Positions 22,075-31,639 are shown, counted from the first letter of the stretch. The stretch: 64,000 nucleotides of DNA from an uncultured Alphaproteobacteria bacterium (GCA_963827885.1 CAWHDD010000011.1:44184-108183), one strand, 5' to 3'. Translations and numbers: made by a program. Notes: a model not told the origin generated them from the sequence alone.

Positions 22075-22865
22075 GGTCAGCTATGTCGTTCCCCATGCGC
22101 GAATTCATTCGCTGGGTCTTGTGCGGCACCGTGGCGGTCATGGCGCATGCGGCATTGGCGGCCGGGTTCGTGGCGTGGCGGGAGGAGCCGGACGATGACG
22201 GCGAGCCGTCCGGCGCCGTTGTCATGGAGCTGGCGCCGCTCGCCGTGACGCGCATGGATGTGCCGCTGGATATCGCGCCCGGCCCGGATCAGGTGCAGAG
22301 CGAGGCGGTGCAGCAAGCGCCGGAGGAAAAGCAGGCCGAAAAAACCGAGGAGCAGCCGGCGCCGGCCGCTGAGGAGAAGCCCGTGCTGCCGCTTGCCAGC
22401 GCCCCGGATGCGGAGGCAGCGCTCCCCCAGGCGGAAAAGCCGCCCGCGCAACCGAAGCAGGCCCCCCAGCCGCAGCTCCCCGCGCCAGTCACTTCCGCGG
22501 TGCAAGCGCTATCCGATCAACAGGGGCCGGTTGCTCAAGCGCCGGTGCAGGCCGCGCCGAAAGCCGCCCCGTCCGATGCCCTGCCGAAGTGGCAGCACCG
22601 GCTGGAGACCATCCTGGAGCGCAACAAGCGCTATCCCGGCGCCGCGCAGAACCGCCGCGAGCAGGGGGTGGTGCTGGTGTCGTTCGTGGTGGACAAGCTG
22701 GGCAGGCTGCAATCGAGCCATATCGTCCGCAGCTCGGGACACGCGGCGCTGGATGACGAGGCCATCAGCCTGCTGCACCGCTCCGGCCCCTTCCCGCCGC
22801 CGCCGCCAGACCTGCCGGGCGCACATGTCAGCGTCGTGGCGCCGGTGCGGTTTAATTTGCAGTGA
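22071..22865 (+). CDS. tonB: energy transducer TonB
   Basis: 264-aa ORF with an ATGA overlap with exbD. It has an N-terminal TM helix, a Pro/Ala/Gln/Glu-rich spacer and the C-terminal TonB domain (YPGAAQNRREQGVVLVSFVVDKLGRLQSSHIVRSSGHAALDDEAISLL). Confidence 0.9.
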   Translation: MRSAMSFPMREFIRWVLCGTVAVMAHAALAAGFVAWREEPDDDGEPSGAVVMELAPLAVTRMDVPLDIAPGPDQVQSEAVQQAPEEKQAEKTEEQPAPAAEEKPVLPLASAPDAEAALPQAEKPPAQPKQAPQPQLPAPVTSAVQALSDQQGPVAQAPVQAAPKAAPSDALPKWQHRLETILERNKRYPGAAQNRREQGVVLVSFVVDKLGRLQSSHIVRSSGHAALDDEAISLLHRSGPFPPPPPDLPGAHVSVVAPVRFNLQ

Positions 22866-23056
22866 GCGCGGGAGTCCGGCGGCGCGTTTTTTTGAGATAC
22901 ACACATTCGCATCTTTTGATATTATGCCGAACCGCGCATTCCGCCGGCTGGAAGGAAGCCCGGCCGTGCGAATGGTGCAGGGATGGTTGGATCGGGAGCC
23001 TGGCTGGAACGGCCCGGAGTGCTCCCGCAAACTCAGAAATTTAAATGGGAAATGCC

Positions 23057-23395
23057 ATGACATACACATTCGAGGGTAAGACCATCGAGACCAACGCCAC
23101 CGGCTACCTCATCAATCAGGACGACTGGAGCAAGGGGCTGGCGGAACATATCGCCGGCCTGGAACAAATCTCGCTCACGCCCCGGCATTGGGATCTCATC
23201 GACTATCTGCGCGACGAATTTTTCAACAATAATCAGAATTCCCCCAACACCCGCGCGATCCTCAAGGCGATGTCGGAGAAATGGGACGAGAAGCTCGATC
23301 AGAGGGCGCTCTATGAGCTGTTTCCTCTCGATCCCTCCAAGCAGGGCGGACGCATCGCCGGTCTGCCGGAAAGCCGCCGTAAGGGCGGGTACTGA
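23057..23395 (+). CDS. TusE/DsrC/DsvC-family protein lacking both C-terminal cysteines
   Basis: TYTFEGKTIETNATGYLINQDDWSKGLAEHIAGLEQISLTPRHWDLIDYLRDEF is DsrC/TusE-like. The C-terminus is ...KQGGRIAGLPESRRKGGY, with no Cys. An alternative start lies at 23045. Confidence 0.75.
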   Translation: MTYTFEGKTIETNATGYLINQDDWSKGLAEHIAGLEQISLTPRHWDLIDYLRDEFFNNNQNSPNTRAILKAMSEKWDEKLDQRALYELFPLDPSKQGGRIAGLPESRRKGGY

Positions 23396-23403
23396 GGGCT
23401 GCC

Positions 23404-23483
23404 GCTAGTGCTCTGGCGCAAACATTTGGTGTACCTTGCGGCTAGGTCGAGACCAAATGTCCCGCGCCTCAAAGAGCACTAGC
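23404..23483. repeat. long imperfect extragenic hairpin 1 (GCTAGTGCTCT...AGAGCACTAGC)
   Basis: The outer arms 23404-23414 and 23473-23483 are perfect 11-bp complements. The inner arms ACATTTGGT/ACCAAATGT (23422-23430 and 23452-23460) are perfect 9-bp complements, and GGCGC pairs with GCGCC. Confidence 0.8.
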
Positions 23484-23496
23484 AACTTATTGATTC

Positions 23497-23574
23497 TAGT
23501 GCAGTTTACGACGCAGACACTTGATTTGCGAGTTCGCCGCCAGGGTGAATCAAGTGTCTGCGTCACTGCACTAG
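23497..23574. repeat. long extragenic hairpin 2 (CTAGTGCAG...CTGCACTAG)
   Basis: Perfect 17-bp stem GACGCAGACACTTGATT/AATCAAGTGTCTGCGTC (23510-23526 and 23548-23564), plus a 9-bp outer stem (23497-23505 and 23566-23574). It shares the CTAGTGC terminus with hairpin 1. Confidence 0.8.
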
Positions 23575-24107
23575 TAGTGCGCCCGCTTTCGCTATACGCG
23601 GCGGCGGCCGCACTCCAGCCCCGCGAACGCGTCCACGGACCAAAACTCCGCCAGTTTTATCCCGTTGCAAGTCGATCCCGATTGAATGCATAATGTCAGG
23701 GGTGGGGGTGCAAGCGTGTCCGCTGGAGGTCAAATCCGTGGATGCCGCGATGGCTCAAGCTATTGCCCTGGGACGTTGATTGCCCGAGCAATGGCACTGC
23801 CAGGTGAAAGACATGACTGTTAGTCATGCGGCTTTCACCTCCGTCGCAGGCAGAGGGAATCGCTGCAATTCATGCCGGCGGTTGAGGGGGAGCAATAATG
23901 TTCCGGCGGTGTTACCAGCCGTTTAACGGCCTTTGCGCGGGGCTGCCTTTTTCGCAGCAGCAATGCCTTAACTCTGAAGACAGCGCTGAAGTGCGAAAAA
24001 CTGGCAACCCGGTTGTTGTATTCTTGCGTGAAGCGTAGAGATTTACTTTTACCCATTGATCGTCAGCGGCAAACGAAACGTAGTGGAGTTCAGCGCGGGG
24101 ACAGCAA

Positions 24108-24497
24108 ATGTTTTATTTCTTTATCGCAGCTGGTGCCGCAGGAATAATATGCGGGAGCCGTTTCAAGGCGGCTGCCCTCGTAGCATTTTCTGTTCTAATA
24201 TTTTTGGCGTTGATCCCGATAAGCTTGCTGAGTAACTGGAGTATCGCGGAAGCCGCTTTGATGGTATTTGGACTTCTCGCCGTATTCCAGGCCGGTTATC
24301 TCGCCGGGCTGTTCTGGTGTATTGCCCTGCCAAGGGTGGTGGAGTCGTACCGGCAGTTGAGAGAAGTGGAAGATCGCAGCCTCCTGAAAGATACCGTTCA
24401 CCTCCTGGCCTCTCTCTTCCATGGCCGCCACCAGCCGGCAAAACTCGCCGCCATGGGGGGAACCGTCAAACCCGATGAGGAGGCTACGCGCCAGTAG
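24108..24497 (+). CDS. hypothetical membrane protein
   Basis: 129-aa ORF with three predicted TM helices, lying in a visibly AT-richer stretch. No family recognised. Confidence 0.4.
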   Translation: MFYFFIAAGAAGIICGSRFKAAALVAFSVLIFLALIPISLLSNWSIAEAALMVFGLLAVFQAGYLAGLFWCIALPRVVESYRQLREVEDRSLLKDTVHLLASLFHGRHQPAKLAAMGGTVKPDEEATRQ

Positions 24498-24558
24498 AAC
24501 CGCTGGATTGCCGGGGCTTCATGTTTTAGCTGAGTTTTTTCACCAGGCAGGCAAGCCC

Positions 24559-25347
24559 TTAGGCCATCGTCAGACGCTCGCCGTCGCGCAGGATGGCCTG
24601 TGCCGCCGGTGTGAATGCCCCTGCGGCATTATGCAGCACCATGCCGTTCAACAGCCTCAGCGGCGCGCGGCTGCCCTTCACGCCCTGAATGAGGATGCGA
24701 ATCGCGGGTGCGCCCTCGCGAGGGAAGAGCGGAAACACCGTCAGCGCCCCGAAACGCCCCTGGAACAGCTTCAGCAGTTCCGGCAGTGCGCCCGGCTGGT
24801 GGATCATCGTCATGCCGCCCTTGGCAGCCGCACAGGCAGCCAGAAATCCTGCCCAGCGCGCCATGTCTCCTTTGGCGGCGACATGGGCGCGTCGCTTTTG
24901 CGCCCCCGGCGGCTCGTGCACCCGCCCGCTCTCGTAAAACGGCGGATTGGCAAGCACATGGCCGAAGCTTTCCGGCTTGATTCCCGCCTGTGCCAGGAGG
25001 CCAAAAGGGGCTGTAATGTCGCCTGCGACAATTTGCACACGTCCGCCAAAACCATTCCGCAGGATATTTTTCTGGGCCAGCGCCACCATCCCGCCGTCGA
25101 TTTCAACGCCCGTAACCTGCGCCGCCGGCAGCCGGCGGGCCACCATAATCGACACCGCGCCGCTACCCGCGCCGGCCTCCAGAACCCGCAGCTCGCGTCC
25201 GCCGCCATCCGGGCAGGCGGCCGCCAGAAACACGGCGTCGATGGCGGCGCGCGGTCCCTTCGCCGGCTGTAGCAGCATGACACGGCCGTCGAGAAAACGG
25301 TCTTCTGTCAAGATGTTACAGGTTTCACTGGCGGCAGTGGCAGTCAT
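24559..25347 (-). CDS. SAM-dependent N6-adenine methyltransferase, tRNA1(Val) m6A37 (YfiC/TrmN6)-like
   Basis: The SAM motif VLEAGAGSGAVS and the catalytic NPPF motif (VLANPPFY) are present. I chose the start at the Met of MTATAASETCN, immediately after the upstream stop. The ORF track extends to 25407. Confidence 0.8.
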   Translation of the reverse strand: MTATAASETCNILTEDRFLDGRVMLLQPAKGPRAAIDAVFLAAACPDGGGRELRVLEAGAGSGAVSIMVARRLPAAQVTGVEIDGGMVALAQKNILRNGFGGRVQIVAGDITAPFGLLAQAGIKPESFGHVLANPPFYESGRVHEPPGAQKRRAHVAAKGDMARWAGFLAACAAAKGGMTMIHQPGALPELLKLFQGRFGALTVFPLFPREGAPAIRILIQGVKGSRAPLRLLNGMVLHNAAGAFTPAAQAILRDGERLTMA

Positions 25348-25348
25348 T

Positions 25349-25558
25349 TTAGTGCTCGATCCCAGCCTCATCGAGAAGGCGCGCGGCCTCCCCGGCGCGA
25401 TCATCATCCACGAGCACGCGCCGCGGGAAAGGCGCGAGCGCGCCCTCGACGGCGCTGAATTGTTCGTCGAAAATCGTGTAGGAAATGCCGGCGTCTTTCA
25501 GGAGCACTTTGATATACGACAGCTTCACCACATCGTTGGTTCTGCATATTTCCTGCAT
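25349..25558 (-). CDS. DUF2007-like small protein
   Basis: Only the last 69 codons of ORF 25349-25903 look real: MQEICRTNDVVKLSYIKVLLKDAGISYTIFDEQFSAVEGALAPFPRRVLVDDDRAGEAARLLDEAGIEH. This matches the Rhizobiales DUF2007 pattern and the usual synteny with the methyltransferase and ispB. Confidence 0.6.
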   Translation of the reverse strand: MQEICRTNDVVKLSYIKVLLKDAGISYTIFDEQFSAVEGALAPFPRRVLVDDDRAGEAARLLDEAGIEH

Positions 25559-25661
25559 ACACGCCTCCCGCCGTGAGGCATAAACGGTAAATCGCGAGCC
25601 TCTCCGGCGATTCATCGTAACAGCTTGACCCGCCCGGCGCAGCCTTGGATATAGTGGTGTC

Positions 25662-26716
25662 ATGAATTCGTCAAACTGGGGAGGATTGCCAGTGGGGGTG
25701 GTTGTGCCGCTTAATGAGCCGAAGGACGCCAGGGCTTCGCTTGAGCCGATGCTGCGTCTCGTCGAAACGGACATGGCAGGCGTCAACCAGATTATTCTGA
25801 ATGAAGCCCGCTCCGATGTCGATCTGATCCCCGAGCTGGCGCACCACCTCATCGACAGCGGCGGCAAGCGCATGCGTCCAATGCTGACCATCGCCGCCGC
25901 CAAGCTCTGCGGCTATGAGGGCGACGGGCCATATCATGCTGGCCGCCAGCGTCGAGTTCATGCACACCGCCACGCTGCTGCACGACGATGTGGTGGACGA
26001 GAGCGACATGCGCCGGGGCAAGAAGACCGCGCGTCTCGCTGTGGGGCAATCAGGCCAGCGTGCTGGTGGGCGATTTCCTGCTGGGACAGGCGTTCAAGAT
26101 GATGGTGGACGTGGGGTCGCTGGGCGCGCTGGCGCATTCTGTCCAACGCCGCCGCCGTCATCGCCGAGGGCGAGGTCATGCAGCTGTCGGCGGCGAAGAA
26201 CATCGACCACCACCGAGGAGCGAGTACTGGCGGTCATCGACGCCAAGACCGCCGGCGCTGTTCGCCGCCGCGGCCGAGATGGGCGCCGTGATCGCCGGAC
26301 GCGTCCGGCGGCCGAACAGGCGGCGCTGCGCTCGTACGGCAAGTATCTGGGCGTGGCCTTCCAGCTGATCGACGACGCGCTGGATTATTCGGGCGAAGCG
26401 GCCAAGCTCGGCAAGACACGTGGGCGACGATTTCCGCGAAGGCAAGATGACGCTGCCCATCGTGCTGGCTTACCGGCGGGGCAACGACGAGGAACGCGGC
26501 TTCTGGCGGCGCACGCTGGAGGAGGCCGACATCCACGACGGCGACCTCGAACGCGCGGTCAGCCTCATGCGCAAACACGGCACCATCGACGACACCGTCA
26601 AGCGGGCGGCCCATTACGGCGCCATCGCACGGGATGCGCTGGCCATATTTGACGATGGAGCGGCGAAAACGGCGATGCTGGATGCGATCGGCTTCTGCGT
26701 CAGCCGCGCCTACTGA
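25662..26716 (+). pseudogene. ispB: octaprenyl-diphosphate (polyprenyl) synthase, about 6 frameshifts between 25.92 and 26.42 kb
   Basis: Pieces in three frames join to a complete IspB: GGKRMRPMLTIAAAKLCGYEGDG / HIMLAASVEFMHTATLLHDDVVDESDMRRGKKTA / WGNQASVLVGDFLLGQAFKMMV / AEGEVMQLSAAKN / YGKYLGVAFQLIDDALDYSG / GDDFREGKMTLPIVLAY... Both DDxxD motifs are present. Confidence 0.85.
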
Positions 26717-26961
26717 AGGCCGGCGGAAGCGCGTGCTTTCAGCTTGCGCGATTGTCTCGATGTGCTCCCCTCCGCCTTCCTCTTGATGGGGGCGGCTAGT
26801 GCACCGGCTCTGACATTGGATACACGAGTGTCAACCCGGCGCCCTAGCTAACCTTTTGTTTGTGCAGCGACTTTTGCAGACAAAAGACAACCTTCGCGTG
26901 GAAAACTTTTGTTTGCGCCGCTGCACGAGGGGGATGAAAAACTCGCGCAAACGGCGGGGTT

Positions 26962-27915
26962 TCACCCCACTCCCTGCCTCTTTACATCAAGGGCGGGGGA
27001 GGATACGCCGGCTGCGGAGACGCCGGGGTAAAAGGTCTGCTTGAAAATGGAGGCATCTGGCAGCGGGCCAGTCATTTCCGCGCTTTCTGGCGTTCGCGGC
27101 AGGTACTTCTCCAGGAAGGCCAGCACGCGGCTCAGTGCGCCGTGATTATACAGATCCCAATGCCCGCCATGGGGGAAAATGGCGATTTCCTTCGGCTCCG
27201 GCGCGAGGCCGAACAGCGCCCTGCCCTGCGCGGCGGGAACAAGCAAATCCCGGGCGCCGTGCAGAATGAGGATAGGAGCGCGAACGGCCTTGATGTACCG
27301 CTCGCTACGATAGCTGTCCCGCAGGAACGGGCGGACCGGGAACACCGGGAACAGCCGCTGAGCCACCGCCGCGAGCGAGGTATAGGGCGCGTCCAGGATG
27401 AGGGCCGCCGCCGGCCGGGCTGCCGCGAGCTGGGTGGCGACGCCGGTGCCGAGGGACTCGCCGTAAACCGCGATCTCGCTGGCCGGCACGCCGCGCTGAC
27501 GCAGCACCTCATAGGCGAGCAGCGCGTCGGCCACGTTAGCGCGCTCTGATGGTCTGCCGGTGGAGCCGGAATAGCCGCGATAGGCGAGGATGAAGATCCC
27601 GAGGCCCGCCATCTGGAAGCGGCGGATGCGATCGGCTCGGCGGCGCAGACCTCCGGCGTTGCCGTGGAAATAGAGCAGCACCGGCTTGCCCGGCGCGGCT
27701 TTCCCATACCAGGCGATGAGGATTTCACCGTCAGGCGTTGTCAGCCTGACCTCCTCGATCCCCGTCAGCCGGGCGATGCCGGGTGGAATGCGCTGGGTCT
27801 CGGGGAAGTACATCAGCCGACGCTGATAGACAAAAAGCAGGACACCCGCCAAAACATAGACCGCAACGATGAAAATCACGGCGGCCTGAAGCCAAAGCGT
27901 GAAGGATGCGATCAT
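26962..27915 (-). CDS. membrane-anchored alpha/beta hydrolase (S9/S33-like)
   Basis: 317-aa intact ORF with an N-terminal TM helix, HGNAGG, the nucleophile elbow GESLGTG, and a distal HGARD...GGH. Confidence 0.8.
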   Translation of the reverse strand: MIASFTLWLQAAVIFIVAVYVLAGVLLFVYQRRLMYFPETQRIPPGIARLTGIEEVRLTTPDGEILIAWYGKAAPGKPVLLYFHGNAGGLRRRADRIRRFQMAGLGIFILAYRGYSGSTGRPSERANVADALLAYEVLRQRGVPASEIAVYGESLGTGVATQLAAARPAAALILDAPYTSLAAVAQRLFPVFPVRPFLRDSYRSERYIKAVRAPILILHGARDLLVPAAQGRALFGLAPEPKEIAIFPHGGHWDLYNHGALSRVLAFLEKYLPRTPESAEMTGPLPDASIFKQTFYPGVSAAGVSSPALDVKRQGVG

Positions 27916-27972
27916 ATTAACCCTGCCTGGGAAGCTGATTCCGCAGGCAGGCTAACGAGTTCGTGCGCGGTA

Positions 27973-29367
27973 TTACAGAGCCTTGACGATTTCTTCAGTC
28001 ATTTTTTTCGCATCGCCGAACAACATCATCGTGTTGTCGCGATAGAACAGCGGATTATCGACCCCCGCATAGCCCGACGACAGCGACCGCTTGATGAACA
28101 TCACCGTGCCCGCGTTCCAAACCTCCAGCACCGGCATGCCGTAGATGGGAGATGTGGGGTCATCCTTCGCCGACGGGTTGGTCACGTCGTTGGCGCCGAT
28201 GACATAGGCGACATCGGCCTGCTTGAAGGCGCTGTTGATGTCTTCCAGCTCGAACACCTCGTCATAGGGCACGTTGGCTTCCGCCAGCAGCACGTTCATG
28301 TGTCCCGGCATGCGCCCGGCGACCGGGTGAATGGCGTAGGAGACTTCCACGCCGGCCTTTTTGAGGCTGTCGGCCATCTCGCGCAGCGCGTGCTGGGCCT
28401 GCGCCACCGCCATGCCATAGCCGGGCACGATGATGACCTTGGAGGAGTTCTTGAGAATGAACGCTGCGTCCTCGGCGGAGCCCTGTTTCACGGGCCGCGC
28501 CTCTTTCGAACCGGCAGCCACGGACGTTTCGCCGCCAAAGCCGCCCAGGATCACCGAAATGAACGAGCGGTTCATACCCTTACACATAATGTAGGACAGG
28601 ATCGCGCCCGACGAGCCCACCAGCGCGCCCGTAATAATGAGCGCCGAATTGCCCAGCGTGAAGCCGATGCCCGCCGCTGCCCAGCCCGAATAGGAGTTCA
28701 GCATCGACACCACCACCGGCATATCCGCACCGCCGATGGGGACAATGATCAGCACGCCCAGGAGCAGTGAAACCGCCGTGATCAGCCAGAACGCCGTCTG
28801 AGAACCGCTGATGCAGAACCAGACGATCAGCAGCACCAGAGTCGCGGCCAGCGCAATATTCACCAGATGGCGCGCCGGCAGAATGATCGGCGCGCCGGAC
28901 ATGTTGGCGTTGAGCTTCAGGAAAGCGATGATCGAGCCGGAGAAGGTGATGGCGCCGATGGCGACACCGAGGGACATTTCAACCAGACTGTCGGGGTGGA
29001 GGTGTTCCGGTGTGCCGATGCCGAACGCTTCTGGCGCGTTGAGAGCCGCCGCCGCCACGAACACGGCCGCCAGACCGACCAGCGAGTGGAACGCCGCCAC
29101 CAGTTGCGGCATGGCGGTCATGGCGATGCGCCGCGCGATGACCGCGCCGATGCCGCCGCCAACGGCCAGTCCGCCGATGATCATGACCCAGGTGCCGCCC
29201 ATGGTTGGCACCGCCACGCCAAGCGTGGTGGCAATGGCCAGCGCCATCCCGATCATACCGTAGGTGTTGCCCTGACGCGATGTCTCAGGGCTCGACAACC
29301 CGCGCAATGCGAGGATGAAGAGCACGCCCGACACCAGGTAGAGAAGCGAAACCAGATTGGCCGACAT
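27973..29367 (-). CDS. pntB: NAD(P) transhydrogenase subunit beta
   Basis: 464-aa intact ORF with a multi-TM N-terminal half and the dIII NADP(H) domain: IIVPGYGMAVAQAQH, VSYAIHPVAGRMPGHMNVLLAEANVPYD, ANDVTNP. Confidence 0.95.
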   Translation of the reverse strand: MSANLVSLLYLVSGVLFILALRGLSSPETSRQGNTYGMIGMALAIATTLGVAVPTMGGTWVMIIGGLAVGGGIGAVIARRIAMTAMPQLVAAFHSLVGLAAVFVAAAALNAPEAFGIGTPEHLHPDSLVEMSLGVAIGAITFSGSIIAFLKLNANMSGAPIILPARHLVNIALAATLVLLIVWFCISGSQTAFWLITAVSLLLGVLIIVPIGGADMPVVVSMLNSYSGWAAAGIGFTLGNSALIITGALVGSSGAILSYIMCKGMNRSFISVILGGFGGETSVAAGSKEARPVKQGSAEDAAFILKNSSKVIIVPGYGMAVAQAQHALREMADSLKKAGVEVSYAIHPVAGRMPGHMNVLLAEANVPYDEVFELEDINSAFKQADVAYVIGANDVTNPSAKDDPTSPIYGMPVLEVWNAGTVMFIKRSLSSGYAGVDNPLFYRDNTMMLFGDAKKMTEEIVKAL

Positions 29368-29391
29368 TGAAAGCGTCCCCGTAAGTCTGAG

Positions 29392-29811
29392 TTATTTCTT
29401 CTCTTTTTTCTTGTACATGGCGAGCATGCGGCTGGTGACCAGAAAGCCGCCGAAAATGTTCACCGACGCCATGACAAGAGCGAGGAGGCCGAAGATTTTC
29501 GAGTTGATCGCATCGTCAACGGAGCCCGGCATGCCGAAGCCGTGATGCTCGGTGGCGACCGCCAGCAACGCGCCCACGACGATCACCGAGGAAATGGCGT
29601 TGGTCACGGACATCAGCGGTGTATGCAGCGCCGGCGTAACGCTCCACACCACGTAATAGCCGACGAAAATCGCCATCACGAAAACCGACAGGCGATAGAT
29701 GAACGGCGATACATCGCCACCGGCCTCCGCCGCCATGGCGGCCGTGGGCATAAGGAGCGCCGAAACAGCCAAGCCGGCTGCCAGGCCCCAAGCTTTCCGA
29801 TTTCCCAGCAT
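29392..29811 (-). CDS. pntAB: NAD(P) transhydrogenase subunit alpha part 2 (membrane dII piece)
   Basis: 139-aa ORF with four TM helices, lying between pntAA and pntB as in split (Rhodospirillum-type) transhydrogenases. Contains [24 protein letters not shown]. Confidence 0.85.
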   Translation of the reverse strand: MLGNRKAWGLAAGLAVSALLMPTAAMAAEAGGDVSPFIYRLSVFVMAIFVGYYVVWSVTPALHTPLMSVTNAISSVIVVGALLAVATEHHGFGMPGSVDDAINSKIFGLLALVMASVNIFGGFLVTSRMLAMYKKKEKK

Positions 29812-29814
29812 TCC

Positions 29815-30951
29815 CTATTCCTTCGGTTGCAGCGCCGGATGAACGAGCTGACCACCCTTCATCACCAGCGTTCCCTTGACGATCTCGTCGTCCCAGTTGA
29901 TGGCAAGCGCCTTCTGCGTCTTGTCGAACATGGTTTCGATGAAGGCGAACAGATTGCGCGCATACAGGCTGGAAGCGTTTCCCGGCACCGTCGCCGCCAG
30001 ATTGAGCGGCCCCATGATGAGCACGCCGTTATGGTCCGCGTTCCCGCCGGGCTTGGTCACTTCGCAGTTGCCGCCGCGTTCCGCCGCCAGATCGACGACG
30101 ATGGAGCCGGGCTTCATGCTTTCCACCATCTCCCGCGTGATCAGGCGCGGCGCCGGGCGGCCGGGGATCAGCGCGGTGGTGATGACGATGTCCTGAGCGG
30201 CGATGTGCGAGGCCACCAGTTCGGCCTGCTTCTTCTGATACTCGGCCGACATCGGCTTGGCGTAACCCGCGGCCGTCTGGGCCTGCTTGAATTCGTCGTC
30301 TTCCACGGCGATGAACTTGGCGCCGAGCGAGCTGACCTGTTCCTTCGTTGCCGGGCGCACGTCCGTCGCCGACACCATGGCTCCGAGACGGCGCGCCGTA
30401 GCCACCGCCTGCAAACCGGCGACACCAACGCCCATGACGAATACGCGGGCGGCGGGAACAGTGCCCGCCGCGGTCATCATCATGGGCATGGCGCGCCCGA
30501 AGGCGCTCGCCGCGTCGATCACAGCCTTATAGCCGGCAAGGTTGGACTGCGACGACAGTACGTCCATGGTCTGCGCGCGCGAAATGCGCGGCATGAATTC
30601 CATGGAGAAGGCCGTCACCCCGGTTTGCGCCAGCGCGGCCAGATCCTCGCGCGCGCCGTATGGATCGAGCATGGACGCCGCGAAGGCGCCGGGCGCGAGT
30701 AGCTTCACCTCGGCCTCCGTTGGCCGTCCGACCTTTAACATAATGTCAGCGCCGCGCAGGGCGTCTTCAGCCGACGGCACCACCTGGGCGCCGTTTTGCG
30801 CATAGGCATCGTCGGAGAAATGAGAACGGCTGCCGGCGCCGGCGAGGATTTTCACCGTGAAGCCGAGCCCCGTGAATTTCTTGGCAGTCTCGGGCGACAG
30901 AGCCACGCGGGTCTCGCCTTGGCTTTCGGACACGACACCGATTATGGACAT
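29815..30951 (-). CDS. pntAA: NAD(P) transhydrogenase subunit alpha part 1 (dI, NAD(H)-binding)
   Basis: 378-aa intact ORF, alanine-dehydrogenase/PNT fold. Contains ETRVALSPETAKK, VFVMGVGVAGLQAVATARRLGA, VITTALIPGRPAP. Confidence 0.95.
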   Translation of the reverse strand: MSIIGVVSESQGETRVALSPETAKKFTGLGFTVKILAGAGSRSHFSDDAYAQNGAQVVPSAEDALRGADIMLKVGRPTEAEVKLLAPGAFAASMLDPYGAREDLAALAQTGVTAFSMEFMPRISRAQTMDVLSSQSNLAGYKAVIDAASAFGRAMPMMMTAAGTVPAARVFVMGVGVAGLQAVATARRLGAMVSATDVRPATKEQVSSLGAKFIAVEDDEFKQAQTAAGYAKPMSAEYQKKQAELVASHIAAQDIVITTALIPGRPAPRLITREMVESMKPGSIVVDLAAERGGNCEVTKPGGNADHNGVLIMGPLNLAATVPGNASSLYARNLFAFIETMFDKTQKALAINWDDEIVKGTLVMKGGQLVHPALQPKE

Positions 30952-31018
30952 TGGGCACCCCAGTCTGAAATGACGAGGAATTGCGGCGGAACGGCCGCGG
31001 AGGATGGATGGAAGTGTG

Positions 31019-31162
31019 CTACAGGAGGAAGATCGCCATCAAGAGCAGGATTGTCACAGCCGCCGCTGTGCCGTATTTGGCGATACTGGTGAAAAGCTGA
31101 TAGCTCTCCATATGCATGCGGTAGTCCATATGCGGACTGGCATCGTTTAAATCGACGCTCAT
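31019..31162 (-). CDS. aa3-type cytochrome oxidase subunit IV-like small membrane protein
   Basis: 47 codons from the internal Met of ORF 31019-31201: MSVDLNDASPHMDYRMHMESYQLFTSIAKYGTAAAVTILLLMAIFLL. The HxMDY...Y..F motif plus a single TM helix resembles the small COX4-like proteins often found upstream of pntA in Rhizobiales. Confidence 0.55.
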   Translation of the reverse strand: MSVDLNDASPHMDYRMHMESYQLFTSIAKYGTAAAVTILLLMAIFLL

Positions 31163-31639
31163 GAACACCTCCCTCGCGATGACGCGCATACAACATCGCA
31201 CACTTTTTAGACGACGCCAACTTTAGAGCAATTTCCACCCTGAGGAAAAGAAAAAACTTGGCGCAGGCTGTTGATTCTCCGGGTTTTCCAGTGGAAAAGT
31301 CCTCCTAGTTCAAAACGGAATGGCGGCCGGATTAGTCCCAGCCCGCCGCGCAAACGGGAACGAAAATATCGCGATGAGCCCTCCTCTCGCGACGCCGTCG
31401 CCGTCTCCTGGCTAGCGGGGCTGCCCGGCGCGGCTGTTCACTGTGAGGCAACCTCCCGTCGCGGGTACAATCTTCGCTGCGAATTTCCTCCGTTAATATT
31501 CATGACCAGCGATTATACTGCTTATGCAAAAGCTGCATACTTCGACTTTTATTTTATCCACGAAGAGCGCATTTCCAGGTTGAGTTTTTACGCTGATGAT
31601 ATAATGAAGACTTTAATACGATACACTGTTGACAGTCCA

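Noticed and set aside
22866-22893. A putative intrinsic terminator after tonB (GC-rich segment followed by T7).
   Set aside because: Only a 4-bp CGCG/CGCG stem can be drawn ahead of the T-run. This is too weak to list as a feature.
23715-23760. A tRNA T-loop-like string GGTCAAATCC that could mark a tRNA-derived attachment-site remnant next to the AT-rich islet.
   Set aside because: No acceptor or T-stem pairing can be built around it, and no matching direct repeat or integrase was found.
23835-24056. 73-aa minus-strand ORF in the AT-richer islet.
   Set aside because: It has no RBS, a basic low-complexity translation and no homology signal. It is probably non-coding.
25349-25903. The full 184-aa minus-strand ORF overlapping the ispB start.
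   Set aside because: Only the last 69 codons resemble a known family (DUF2007-like). The upstream extension runs antisense through the ispB 5' region and is probably not translated.
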